Positions 33,434 through 44,769 of a stretch of DNA of 64,000 nucleotides are shown here, piece by piece (the stretch's first letter is position 1; each line of letters opens with the position of its first letter). The position numbers were made by a program, and so were the translations under genes. The stretch comes from an uncultured Opitutales bacterium. Its GTDB lineage: Bacteria; Verrucomicrobiota; Verrucomicrobiia; Opitutales; Seribacteraceae. The notes under the pieces are model-generated. The model did no database searches. It saw only the letters and a list, made by a program, of their open reading frames with translations, and was not told the DNA's origin. The stretch covers positions 2,368 to 66,367 of the forward strand of contig CALKMX010000015.1 in assembly GCA_938091675.1 (NCBI GenBank), written 5' to 3'.

Positions 33434-33823
33434 TTACTTGATTTCTGCTTTTGCACCAGCAGCTTCAAGCTTCTTTGCTACTTCTTCAGCTTCTTCTTTA
33501 GAGACACCTTCTTTAACGGGTTTAGGTGCTCCCTCAACAAGCTCCTTTGCCTCTTTGAGTCCAAGGCCAGTAATTCCACGAACTTCTTTAATTACAGCAA
33601 TCTTATTCCCGCCAAACTCGGAGAGAATAACATCAAATTCTGATTTTTCCTCTGCAGGGCCAGCATCGCTGTCACCAGCTGCAGGTGCTGCAACGGCAAC
33701 GGCTGCAGGTGCTGCCGCACTGACGCCCCATTTATCTTCGAGCTCTTTTACGAGATCGGCAATTTCAATGACTGATTGGCCACTAAGCCAATCGATTACT
33801 TGTTCTTTAGTTATATCTGACAT
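33434..33823 (-). CDS. rplL: 50S ribosomal protein L7/L12
   Basis: 129 aa. Ala-rich hinge [15 protein letters not shown], and C-terminal domain [24 protein letters not shown]. Preceded by AAGGAGGU, 9 nt from the ATG. Confidence 0.96.
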   Translation of the reverse strand: MSDITKEQVIDWLSGQSVIEIADLVKELEDKWGVSAAAPAAVAVAAPAAGDSDAGPAEEKSEFDVILSEFGGNKIAVIKEVRGITGLGLKEAKELVEGAPKPVKEGVSKEEAEEVAKKLEAAGAKAEIK

Positions 33824-33951
33824 AATTGGTTACCTCCTTGCCTGAATAGCATTAGTACCATTTCGGCGTTTAAGAGCGTTGCTCCTAATATCTTCTAGGT
33901 TGGTGGTTAACGGTTGATGGGTGAATTGGATCTTTTAAGGAAGATCCGAAA

Positions 33952-34464
33952 TTAGTTGGTTTCTTTTGCCTTGGCTTGAAGTACGTTAAGAAAAGATTGG
34001 GCAGGACGATTTAGGATAGAGACCATTTGCGTAGCAGGGGTATTAAGGAGTGATAGAAGTTGTGCACGAATGATTTCCAAACTGGGTAATTTAGATAGTT
34101 GTTGAACATCAGCAGCGGAAAGTATGCGATCTCCCAATATACCGCCTTTGACCTCAACCTTCTCTGTAGATTTGAAATACTTTCCTAAATCTTTTGCAAC
34201 TCCAGACGCATCATCTCCACCAATTACAATAGCAGTGTGACCGTTTAAAAGGTTGGAGAAATCAGGAAGGTTTTTTTCCTTCGCGGCTAATTGTAGGGAT
34301 GAATTTTTGACGACATGAAACTCCGCACCTCTCTCGGCAAGTTTCGATCTCAGATCAGAAGTTTGTTCTGAGTTTATTCCTTTGTAATCCGTGAGGAAGA
34401 AATAGGAGGATTTCTCTAAATGCTTACTGGCTTCTCTGATAAGATATTTTTTTTCAGGTCTCAT
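33952..34464 (-). CDS. rplJ: 50S ribosomal protein L10
   Basis: 170 aa. Position between rplA and rplL. LRSKLAERGAEFHVVKNS. Confidence 0.92.
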   Translation of the reverse strand: MRPEKKYLIREASKHLEKSSYFFLTDYKGINSEQTSDLRSKLAERGAEFHVVKNSSLQLAAKEKNLPDFSNLLNGHTAIVIGGDDASGVAKDLGKYFKSTEKVEVKGGILGDRILSAADVQQLSKLPSLEIIRAQLLSLLNTPATQMVSILNRPAQSFLNVLQAKAKETN

Positions 34465-34487
34465 GGTAAATTTTTAAAATTAAAAGA

Positions 34488-35165
34488 TTAGTTTAAATCT
34501 AACAATAAACTAGGGCTCATGGTACTGCTAATGTGAATACGCTTAATAAACCGGCCTTTGAAGCCTTCAGGTCTAGCCGCATTAACAGCCTCGAGGGCAG
34601 CTTCGGTATTTTCAACTAACTTGCTGGATTCGAAGGAACGCTTACCAACAAGTACGGACATTGCACCAGTTTTGTCCATTTTGAATTCTACACGACCAGA
34701 TTTAACTTCAGTGATCGCCGAAGCAAGATCATCAGTAACCGTTCCAGCTTTGGGGGTGGGCATAAGACCACGCGGACCCAAAACACGTGCAACTGATCTA
34801 ACTTCCTTCATTGCATTGGTGGTGGAAAGGGCTACATCAAAATCTACCCAACCGTCTTTGACCTTTTTAATAAGATCTTCAAGTCCTGCAAAGTCTGCAC
34901 CCGCCGCGATTGCCTCCTCAGGAGAATCAGTAAAAACCAATACCTTGACCTCTTTTCCGCTACCATGTGGTAAATTGACTGTGCCACGAACTGCTTGGGA
35001 GCTCTGCTTTGGGTCAACTCCTAAGGAAATAGAAACCTCCACTGATTCATCGAATTTAGCCGCTTCGAAATTATTCAAAAGATCTATGGCTGTGTTGATG
35101 GTATAAGACTCTGAGGACGATTTTTTACTCACTGCACCTTTGTAACGCTTACTTCGAATTTTCAT
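34488..35165 (-). CDS. rplA: 50S ribosomal protein L1
   Basis: FDESVEVSISLGVDPKQSSQAVRGTV.LPHG...LGPRGLMP. Confidence 0.95.
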   Translation of the reverse strand: MKIRSKRYKGAVSKKSSSESYTINTAIDLLNNFEAAKFDESVEVSISLGVDPKQSSQAVRGTVNLPHGSGKEVKVLVFTDSPEEAIAAGADFAGLEDLIKKVKDGWVDFDVALSTTNAMKEVRSVARVLGPRGLMPTPKAGTVTDDLASAITEVKSGRVEFKMDKTGAMSVLVGKRSFESSKLVENTEAALEAVNAARPEGFKGRFIKRIHISSTMSPSLLLDLN

Positions 35166-35172
35166 AAAATTA

Positions 35173-35595
35173 TTAGATTACTTCAATTCCCATACTGCGA
35201 GCTGTACCTTCAATAATCCGGCATGCGGCCTCATCGCTGTTGGCATTTAAGTCCTCCTTCTTGGTTTTAACGATGTCAAGGACCTGATCTTTGGTAACTT
35301 TGCCCACCTTGTCTAGATTAGGCACAGCTGATCCCTTGGCCAAACCCGCGGCTTTCTTAAGGAGAACAGAGGCGGGAGGAGATTTTAAAATAAAACTAAA
35401 AGAACGGTCAGCATATACCGTAATGACAACAGGAAGAATTAGACCCGCTTGGTCTTTAGTCTTGGCGTTGAACTCCTTACAAAATCCCATGATATTAACG
35501 CCCTGTGCACCAAGTGCGGGACCTACAGGTGGGGCAGGATTTGCCGCTCCGGCAGGAAGTTGTAACTTAATTAAACCGACAGCTTTCTTAGACAT
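35173..35595 (-). CDS. rplK: 50S ribosomal protein L11
   Basis: [35 protein letters not shown]. Confidence 0.96.
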   Translation of the reverse strand: MSKKAVGLIKLQLPAGAANPAPPVGPALGAQGVNIMGFCKEFNAKTKDQAGLILPVVITVYADRSFSFILKSPPASVLLKKAAGLAKGSAVPNLDKVGKVTKDQVLDIVKTKKEDLNANSDEAACRIIEGTARSMGIEVI

Positions 35596-35600
35596 AATAT

Positions 35601-36179
35601 TTATTCTTCTTCCGCTTTTTCAACTTGCCAAAATTCCAATTCAACTGGAGTAAATCTCCCAAAGATAGATACTGAAACCTTGAGGGTTCCTTTTGCGGCA
35701 TCAATTTCATCAATCTCTCCGGTAAGATTTAAAAACGGACCATCCAAAATTTTAACAACTTCACCAACCGTAAATTGTACTTTTGGTACCTCCTTGCCGG
35801 CTGCATCATGAACTTGCTTAAGAATTCTGCCAATCTCATGATCAGCCAATGGGGTAGGGTTGTCTTTACCGATAAAATTTATCACCCCATCTGTTTCTTT
35901 GACTTTATACCAAGGATCCTTGAGGAGCATGCCATGGCGATCAAAAAGCTTCATTTCTACAAAGACATAACCTGGATAGAATTTTCTATCACGCTGCATT
36001 TTTTTGCCGTTTTTAACTTCAGATACTGTCTCGATTGGAACAAGGATTTCTTTGAGCGCAATTGCAAACTCTTCATCCTCTTCCTTGTACTTGTTCAAGT
36101 AACGCCGTACTTTGTCTTCGTGATTAGAGAGACACTGAAGGGCATACCACTGATGCTCAGATATAGAAGTTTCGCTCAT
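35601..36179 (-). CDS. nusG: Transcription termination/antitermination factor NusG
   Basis: [14 protein letters not shown] (NGN domain), and the C-terminal [17 protein letters not shown]. Position between secE and rplK. Confidence 0.93.
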   Translation of the reverse strand: MSETSISEHQWYALQCLSNHEDKVRRYLNKYKEEDEEFAIALKEILVPIETVSEVKNGKKMQRDRKFYPGYVFVEMKLFDRHGMLLKDPWYKVKETDGVINFIGKDNPTPLADHEIGRILKQVHDAAGKEVPKVQFTVGEVVKILDGPFLNLTGEIDEIDAAKGTLKVSVSIFGRFTPVELEFWQVEKAEEE

Positions 36180-36194
36180 TAAATGAAAATACCC

Positions 36195-36398
36195 TTAATT
36201 CCGTAATACCTGAGTGGCATACTCAATCCAGTTCGATAAAGAAAAATCCGAAACAGATATAAAAAAACCGAGCACAAAGACACCCGCAACTACAACCGCG
36301 GTGGATCCACGTAGTTCAGCAAAATCAGGCCAAGTGGCTTTCTTCAGCTCTGTAGTAGTTTCTTTGTAAAAGGTTCTGACTTTAGAAAAAGGATTCAA
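36195..36398 (-). CDS. secE: Preprotein translocase subunit SecE
   Basis: 67 aa, with a single TM helix (TAVVVAGVFVLGFFISV) after ELKKATWP. TTG start. Canonical position between tRNA-Trp and nusG. Confidence 0.85.
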   Translation of the reverse strand: MNPFSKVRTFYKETTTELKKATWPDFAELRGSTAVVVAGVFVLGFFISVSDFSLSNWIEYATQVLRN

Positions 36399-36424
36399 GG
36401 GTATGGTGGTGTAAGTAATATGGA

Positions 36425-36500
36425 TGGCGGGAGAAGAGGGACTCGAACCCCCAGCCTACGGTTTTGGAGACCGGTGCTCTACCAATTGAGCTATTCTCCC
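36425..36500 (-). tRNA. trnW: tRNA-Trp (anticodon CCA)
   Basis: Hand-folded 76-nt cloverleaf: GGGAGAA-UA-GCUC-AAUUGGUA-GAGC-A-CCGGU-CUCCAAA-ACCGU-AGGCU-GGGGG-UUCGAGU-CCCUC-UUCUCCC-G-CCA. Encoded CCA end. Confidence 0.9.
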
Positions 36501-36527
36501 AACGCAACCAAATGGGTGACGAACTTA

Positions 36528-37727
36528 TTATACGATTTCGGAAATATTTCCCGCACCTATCGTTTTGCCTCCTTCACGGATTGCGAAACGTTGGCCGGGC
36601 TCCATTGCAATGGCTTTTTGCAATTCAATATTTACCGCAAGGTTGTCTCCGGGCATGACCATTTCAACACCATCGGGAAGTTCGACTATTCCAGTTACGT
36701 CGGCTGTTCCGAAAAAGAATTGCGGGCGATAGCCTTTAAAGAAAGGTGTATGCCTTCCTCCTTCCTCTTTATTCAAAACATAAATTTGTGCTTTTGCTTT
36801 AGTATGAGGCTTAATACTTCCGGGTTTGGCAAGAACATGACCTCTTTGGATCTCATCTTTCTCAATTCCGCGAACAAGAATTCCCACATTGTCGCCAGCT
36901 TGACCTTGCCCGAGTTCTTTACGAAACATTTCGACACCAGTACAAGTGGTTTTCTTCGAATCACCAAGCCCGACAATTTCAACTTCTTCCCCAACTTTAA
37001 TCACGCCGCGTTCGATCCGCCCTGTTGCAACAGTTCCACGACCAGTGATCGAAAAAACATCTTCAATGGACATCAAAAATGGCTTGTCAGTGTCACGAAC
37101 AGGCTCCTCAATTTGAGTGTCTATCGCCTCCATGAGCTTTTGGATCGCACCAAGACCTAAATCACTTTCGTCGTTTTCCAAAGCTTTAGTAGCAGAACCA
37201 CGAATAATTTGGGCGTTGTCACCATCGAATTCGTATTTGCTTAATAAATCACGGATCTCCATATCGACAAGTTCGAGAAGTTCTTCATCATCCCCAGTCA
37301 TCAGATCGCATTTATTAAGGAAAACCACCAGGTTTGGTACATCGACTTGGCGGGCAAGTAAAATGTGCTCTCTGGTTTGGGGCATTGGTCCTGTAGTGGC
37401 ATCTACCACAAGAATTGCTCCATCCATTTGGGCTGCACCAGTTATCATATTTTTAACAAAGTCAGCGTGGCCAGGACAGTCTACATGAGCGTAGTGACGG
37501 TTGTCGGACTCATACTCAACATGGGAGACTGCTATGGTAACGATCTTGGATGCATCGCGTACGGTTCCACCTTTAGCAATATCTGCATATGTTTTAACCT
37601 CTGCTAATCCTTTTCTAGCTTGTGCGTGCAGGATAGCAGTGGTGAGCGTTGTTTTACCATGGTCGACGTGACCGATGGTACCGACATTTACGTGAGGTTT
37701 AGTGCGTTGGAACTGTTCTTTGGCCAT
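36528..37727 (-). CDS. tuf: Elongation factor Tu
   Basis: 399 aa. [21 protein letters not shown]. The switch-I loop is divergent (see findings). Confidence 0.96.
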   Translation of the reverse strand: MAKEQFQRTKPHVNVGTIGHVDHGKTTLTTAILHAQARKGLAEVKTYADIAKGGTVRDASKIVTIAVSHVEYESDNRHYAHVDCPGHADFVKNMITGAAQMDGAILVVDATTGPMPQTREHILLARQVDVPNLVVFLNKCDLMTGDDEELLELVDMEIRDLLSKYEFDGDNAQIIRGSATKALENDESDLGLGAIQKLMEAIDTQIEEPVRDTDKPFLMSIEDVFSITGRGTVATGRIERGVIKVGEEVEIVGLGDSKKTTCTGVEMFRKELGQGQAGDNVGILVRGIEKDEIQRGHVLAKPGSIKPHTKAKAQIYVLNKEEGGRHTPFFKGYRPQFFFGTADVTGIVELPDGVEMVMPGDNLAVNIELQKAIAMEPGQRFAIREGGKTIGAGNISEIV

Positions 37728-37755
37728 TGGTTTGACTTGTTATAATGATGTGTGA

Positions 37756-37831
<76 letters not shown>

Positions 37832-37869
37832 GGAAAATCATGGGGGTTAAATTTGTGAGAAAAGGAATT

Positions 37870-37898
37870 AAAATAGATCAATTATTAGACCTGTCAAG
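37870..37898 (-). promoter_or_regulatory. Candidate sigma70-type promoter for the tRNA-Thr/tuf supercluster
   Basis: The minus strand reads TTGACA (37898-37893), a 17-nt spacer, then TATTTT (37875-37870). This is about 40 nt upstream of the tRNA-Thr 5' end. Motif match only. Confidence 0.3.
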
Positions 37899-37971
37899 AA
37901 AAGACTAAGTCGCTGCAGAGACCGATTGAGCTTGAAATTATTTGGTTGATTCGATAATAGAATTTCCTTTC

Positions 37972-38047
<76 letters not shown>

Positions 38048-38059
38048 TTTTTACTGATT

Positions 38060-38800
38060 TTACTGCAGTTGATCAAATACGCCTTTTTTACAGGCAATTA
38101 CATGGCTGTAATCCAAACATCCTATTTTGTGCACCTCTAACCCTGCACCTTTGAGGATAGGTATGAGTGGCAAAATGTCGCAGGGCTTCAAACAGGTATC
38201 CGCCATTATCTCAGCCTTTCCCGTACAAAGCAGATAGTAGCCGAAGCAATCTCCCCATGTCCTGGCAGTCGCCCCAAATCTGAGCGCTGTTTTCCAAAGC
38301 TTTCCCACAGGAGAATTTTCAATGGTTTGTTGGTCTGTTGTTAATATGAGCGACTTACTCCAATTTGTAAAAGAGTTTGCGTAGATTTCCTTCCCGTTCA
38401 GTAGTGCAGTGGAACCATTTCCTGAAAGCCAAACATTGGATAACTTTGGGATGCGAAGGAAACCATACATAGGCTCATTATTATAGATGAGTCCGACAAG
38501 AGTGCCAAAAAGTGGAACCCCACGGATAAATCCATAGGTGCCATCAATTGGGTCAATGATCCATTTGTAACTTGCATCCGGGTTTATGGGATCTCTTTCC
38601 TCGCCTAAAATTCCATGCTCAGGGAATTCTTTGCATATTAATGTCCTCAAATGGTCTTCAATGAAAAAATCGGATGTTGAAACTTCAGTTCCGTCTTCCT
38701 TAAATAAAAATTCCGCAGGCTCAATTGCATCCTGTAATTTACCTGCAATGAATTCTGTAGCTTCTACACAAAAATTAGAAAAATCCTCAAATGAAATCAT
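38060..38800 (-). CDS. Inositol monophosphatase-family phosphatase, possibly HisN-type histidinol-phosphatase
   Basis: 246 aa. GEERD and WIIDPIDGT are metal-binding motifs. The C-terminal TWGDCFGYYLLCTGKAEIMAD...CDILPLIPILKGAG resembles the HisN subfamily more than SuhB, from memory of the family and not verified. Confidence 0.6.
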   Translation of the reverse strand: MISFEDFSNFCVEATEFIAGKLQDAIEPAEFLFKEDGTEVSTSDFFIEDHLRTLICKEFPEHGILGEERDPINPDASYKWIIDPIDGTYGFIRGVPLFGTLVGLIYNNEPMYGFLRIPKLSNVWLSGNGSTALLNGKEIYANSFTNWSKSLILTTDQQTIENSPVGKLWKTALRFGATARTWGDCFGYYLLCTGKAEIMADTCLKPCDILPLIPILKGAGLEVHKIGCLDYSHVIACKKGVFDQLQ

Positions 38801-39312
38801 TTCAGCTTATTAAAGGTCGAGTTATTGATTTTGAGGGGTCAAGAAAGACGGGGATCCAGCAAGCATCATTTATCGATTTTGAGGATTTTGAAGTTATTAA
38901 GCATGGTGAGTTCCTTCCATCCGATGGTAAATTCTTTGACTGGTTGATCGAGAATAATTTAGATGTTGATATAGATTATTGGGTTGCACACAACGCCAAT
39001 GTAGAACGAAATCTCATTAAAGAGCACGCACCCTACAGACCTTCACTAGGGATGGGAAGAAGAGAATTGAGTTGGGGCCCTTGGATTGATACTCTTAAAA
39101 TTTATAGAATGCTTTATCCAGACCTGGGTGACTACAATCTGCAATCGCTAGGTGAAAAGTTTTTATTGGTTAATGACATTGAAAAAGTAGCACAAAGTTT
39201 GTGCTTACGTACTATGAAAAGCTACCACCAATCTATGTTTGATTGCGTGGTAACATTCTTATTAATCAAACGTTTAAAAAATTCGGTAAATTTAAACCTC
39301 TTCTTGGGTTAA
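38791..39312 (+). CDS. DEDDh 3'-5' exonuclease (DnaQ/epsilon-like fold)
   Basis: 173 aa. Exo I is VIDFEGS, Exo II is VAHNANVERNLI, and Exo III is YHQSMFDCV (H-x4-D). The 5' end overlaps the divergent phosphatase start by 10 nt. The 3' end overlaps gyrA by 21 nt. Confidence 0.6.
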   Translation: MKSFQLIKGRVIDFEGSRKTGIQQASFIDFEDFEVIKHGEFLPSDGKFFDWLIENNLDVDIDYWVAHNANVERNLIKEHAPYRPSLGMGRRELSWGPWIDTLKIYRMLYPDLGDYNLQSLGEKFLLVNDIEKVAQSLCLRTMKSYHQSMFDCVVTFLLIKRLKNSVNLNLFLG

Positions 39313-41796
39313 TACCTGATCCATATCTGGCTCCTTCTCGCCCTCAGGTGTTTCATCATCTGATGAGAGATCTTCGTCTAACTTTACAACTTCTGAAACA
39401 CCAACTAAATGATCGCGGTCTGCTAGCCCAATCAACTTGACGCCTTTCGATCCACGATTGGTTTCGCGAATTTCAGTAACTTTACACCTGACGGCTTGCC
39501 CCTTTTTGGTAAGCAATAAAATTTCACTGTCTTGGGCAACACTGAGTGCATCACAAACTGCATCTGTGTTCATGGCAGTTACCCCTTGTCCTCCCCGTTT
39601 TCGTGGAGAAGTGTCTTCGATTCCCTCTGCACCACCGTTTGGAAGGAATGAGGCAAATCTCGTTCTTATACCAAGACCATTGCGCCCACAAATAAGCAGG
39701 AGTCTGGAGTCATCCACAACCAACATATTTACAACCTTATCGGATGACTTTAGACGAATACCCCTTACACCACGAGTTGCCCTGCCTTGATCTCTGAGTT
39801 GATTACAGGAAAAACGCAGTCCTTTTCCGTTCTGTGTTAGGATAATGAGATGGTCTTGAGGTTTGGCAACCATGGCCTTTAAGACTCGATCTCCTTCATC
39901 TATTCTAATGCCAATTATACCGCCTTTACGATGGTTTCGGTAATCTCTGATTAAACTCTTTTTAACTACGCCTTTTTGGGTACATAAAACTATTGAGTCT
40001 TCGGATTCAAAACTGTCGATAATCAATACAGCAGCAATTTTTTCATCCTTTTGCATTTCAAAAAGGTTGATAATGTTTCTCCCCTTTGAAGTTCTGGAGG
40101 CTTCCGGTATTTCGTAAGTCTTTTCAACATAAATTCTGCCATTGTTCATGATAAACATGAGTGTGTCATGGGCATTGCATGTATGAAGAATGTCTATCGG
40201 ATCTTCATCTTTTTGACCACTTCCAATAACTCCCTTCCCGCCTCTGTTCTGAACTCTGAATTCCTCAACTGAAGTTCGTTTGATAAAACCTGTTTTGGTA
40301 ACAGTTATAACACATCCATCATTAGGGATTAAATCCTCCATACGGACATCGGACTCAAATTCTGAAATTTCACATCTTCTTTTGTCCGCGTAAATTTCTT
40401 TGAGATTATTAATTTCGTTTTTGATTAAATCTAAGAGAACATCTTCGTTGTCTATGATATTTCTAAGCTCATCAATTATAGTCATTAACTCCGCATATTC
40501 AGCGTCTATTTTTTCACGCTCCATTCCGGTCAATTGATATAATCGTAAATCTAAAATAGCGTTAGTTTGTCTTTCGCTAAGTGTAAATTGAGCCATTAAT
40601 TTATCTTTAGCTTCTTGCCTATTAGAAGAAGCACGAATTATGCGCACAAATTCATCTAAATTGTCTAGTGCAATTTTATAGCCCTCTAAAATATGAGCTC
40701 TATCTTCAGCTTTTCTTAATCTAAATTGAGTTCTTCTCAAAGTAACATTTCTACGATGCTCGATGTAGCAAAGTATCGCTTCTTTAATATTCAATTGCCT
40801 AGGTCTAAGACGATCGAGCGCAAGCAATATAACACCAAAACTGCTTTCAAGTGCGGTGAGCTTAAATAGCTTATTAATAGTTACTCTTTCGATTTGACCA
40901 AGTTTTAATTCAACCACAATACGGGTCGTTTCAGTAGATTCATCACGAAGATCGCTTACTCCATCGAGTATTTTTTCTTTTACGAGATCTGCGATTCGAG
41001 TTACTAAAGTTGCCCGATTGACATTGTAGGGGATGTGAGTAATTACCAGTTGCTGCTTTCCATTAGGTAAGTCTTCGATCTCCAACGCACCTCGCATGCG
41101 CACAATGCCACGACCTGTTTTCATGTAAGATTCGATGCCTGATTTACCTGAAATACTTCCGCCTGATGGAAAATCGGGACCAGGGAGAATGTGCATTATT
41201 TCATCTATTGATATATCTGGTTGATCAATAACTGCACAAACCGCATCAATAAGTTCACCTAAATTGTGTGGAGGTATGTTTGTTGCCATACCAACTGCTA
41301 TGCCAGTAGAGCCATTCATAAGAAGGGTTGGCAGGGCAGATGGTAAAACAGTTGGTTCAGTTGAGCTTTCTTTATAGTTTGGGGCGAAATCAACTGTATC
41401 TTCATCAATATCTTTGAGAAGTTCTTCTGAAAGCTTTGTAAGTTTACATTCGGTATATCTGTAAGCAGCGGCAGAATCACCATCCACAGAACCAAAATTT
41501 CCCTGCCCATCAACTAATGGATATCTCATAACCCAAGGTTGGGCCATTCTAACTAGAGTATCATAAACGGAACTATCGCCATGTGGATGGTAATTTTTAA
41601 GTACTTCCCCTACAACACCTGCACACTTGTCATAAGGACGATTATGAAGTAACCCCTCCCTCAACATTGCATACAAAACGCGTCGTTGGACAGGCTTAAA
41701 GCCATCCCTAACATCGGGCAATGCTCTACTTACAATAACTGACATCGAATAATCGATGTACGCTTTTTGCATAATATCGCTAATATTTTCTTTCAT
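39292..41796 (-). CDS. gyrA: DNA gyrase subunit A
   Basis: 834 aa. ALPDVRDGFKPVQRRVLY, HPHGDSSVYDTLVRMAQ (QRDR), active-site Tyr context AAAYRYTE, and an acidic C-terminal tail. Confidence 0.96.
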   Translation of the reverse strand: MKENISDIMQKAYIDYSMSVIVSRALPDVRDGFKPVQRRVLYAMLREGLLHNRPYDKCAGVVGEVLKNYHPHGDSSVYDTLVRMAQPWVMRYPLVDGQGNFGSVDGDSAAAYRYTECKLTKLSEELLKDIDEDTVDFAPNYKESSTEPTVLPSALPTLLMNGSTGIAVGMATNIPPHNLGELIDAVCAVIDQPDISIDEIMHILPGPDFPSGGSISGKSGIESYMKTGRGIVRMRGALEIEDLPNGKQQLVITHIPYNVNRATLVTRIADLVKEKILDGVSDLRDESTETTRIVVELKLGQIERVTINKLFKLTALESSFGVILLALDRLRPRQLNIKEAILCYIEHRRNVTLRRTQFRLRKAEDRAHILEGYKIALDNLDEFVRIIRASSNRQEAKDKLMAQFTLSERQTNAILDLRLYQLTGMEREKIDAEYAELMTIIDELRNIIDNEDVLLDLIKNEINNLKEIYADKRRCEISEFESDVRMEDLIPNDGCVITVTKTGFIKRTSVEEFRVQNRGGKGVIGSGQKDEDPIDILHTCNAHDTLMFIMNNGRIYVEKTYEIPEASRTSKGRNIINLFEMQKDEKIAAVLIIDSFESEDSIVLCTQKGVVKKSLIRDYRNHRKGGIIGIRIDEGDRVLKAMVAKPQDHLIILTQNGKGLRFSCNQLRDQGRATRGVRGIRLKSSDKVVNMLVVDDSRLLLICGRNGLGIRTRFASFLPNGGAEGIEDTSPRKRGGQGVTAMNTDAVCDALSVAQDSEILLLTKKGQAVRCKVTEIRETNRGSKGVKLIGLADRDHLVGVSEVVKLDEDLSSDDETPEGEKEPDMDQVLTQEEV

Positions 41797-41821
41797 AATT
41801 AAAGTTATTAAACTTGTATAA

Positions 41822-44374
<2,553 letters not shown>

Positions 44375-44769
44375 CTAAAACTAGCATTTTCAGGGGTAAT
44401 ATCCTAGATAAAAACATAACTTACTCTGTTAAGAATCCTGCTTTTGGTCAAGTAGCTAATTAGCTTTTTGAGCTCCATTGGGTGAATCCAAGTAAGATTT
44501 TCAATCTGGTTTTACAGGATTCGCTTTTGTTTTGTAAATCACTAATAATCAGATTTATACAAAATACTCTAATTACTGTCCCTTCATTTATTTCAAGATT
44601 TTTTGTCCGTCAAAGAATTGTGAGATTGTAAATCCTTAATGTTTCTTGGTTTAAGGACTTTTTATTTTTGGCTTTTAAGCAGTATGGCGTTTGCAAATTC
44701 CCCAAGGATCACACTAAATTCAGGCTATAATTTTCCTTTTTTCAATAAGTAAAATTAATTAAAATTGTA

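Noticed and set aside
33438-35106. Long plus-strand ORFs antisense to rplL (33438-33845, 135 aa) and rplA (34558-35106, 182 aa)
   Set aside because: These are Ser/Ala/Pro/Thr-rich low-complexity translations, typical of the antisense of GCN/GAR/AAR-rich ribosomal genes. The sense-strand genes are unambiguous.
36420-37160. 246-aa plus-strand ORF, the longest unassigned ORF in the track
   Set aside because: It begins inside tRNA-Trp and runs antisense to the highly conserved tuf gene. Its sequence has no recognisable motif. It is a shadow ORF of a codon-biased gene.
44684-44752. 22-codon ORF (MAFANSPRITLNSGYNFPFFNK) in the gyrB upstream region
   Set aside because: It has no ribosome-binding context and no recognisable peptide family, and an ORF of this length is expected by chance in AT-rich DNA.
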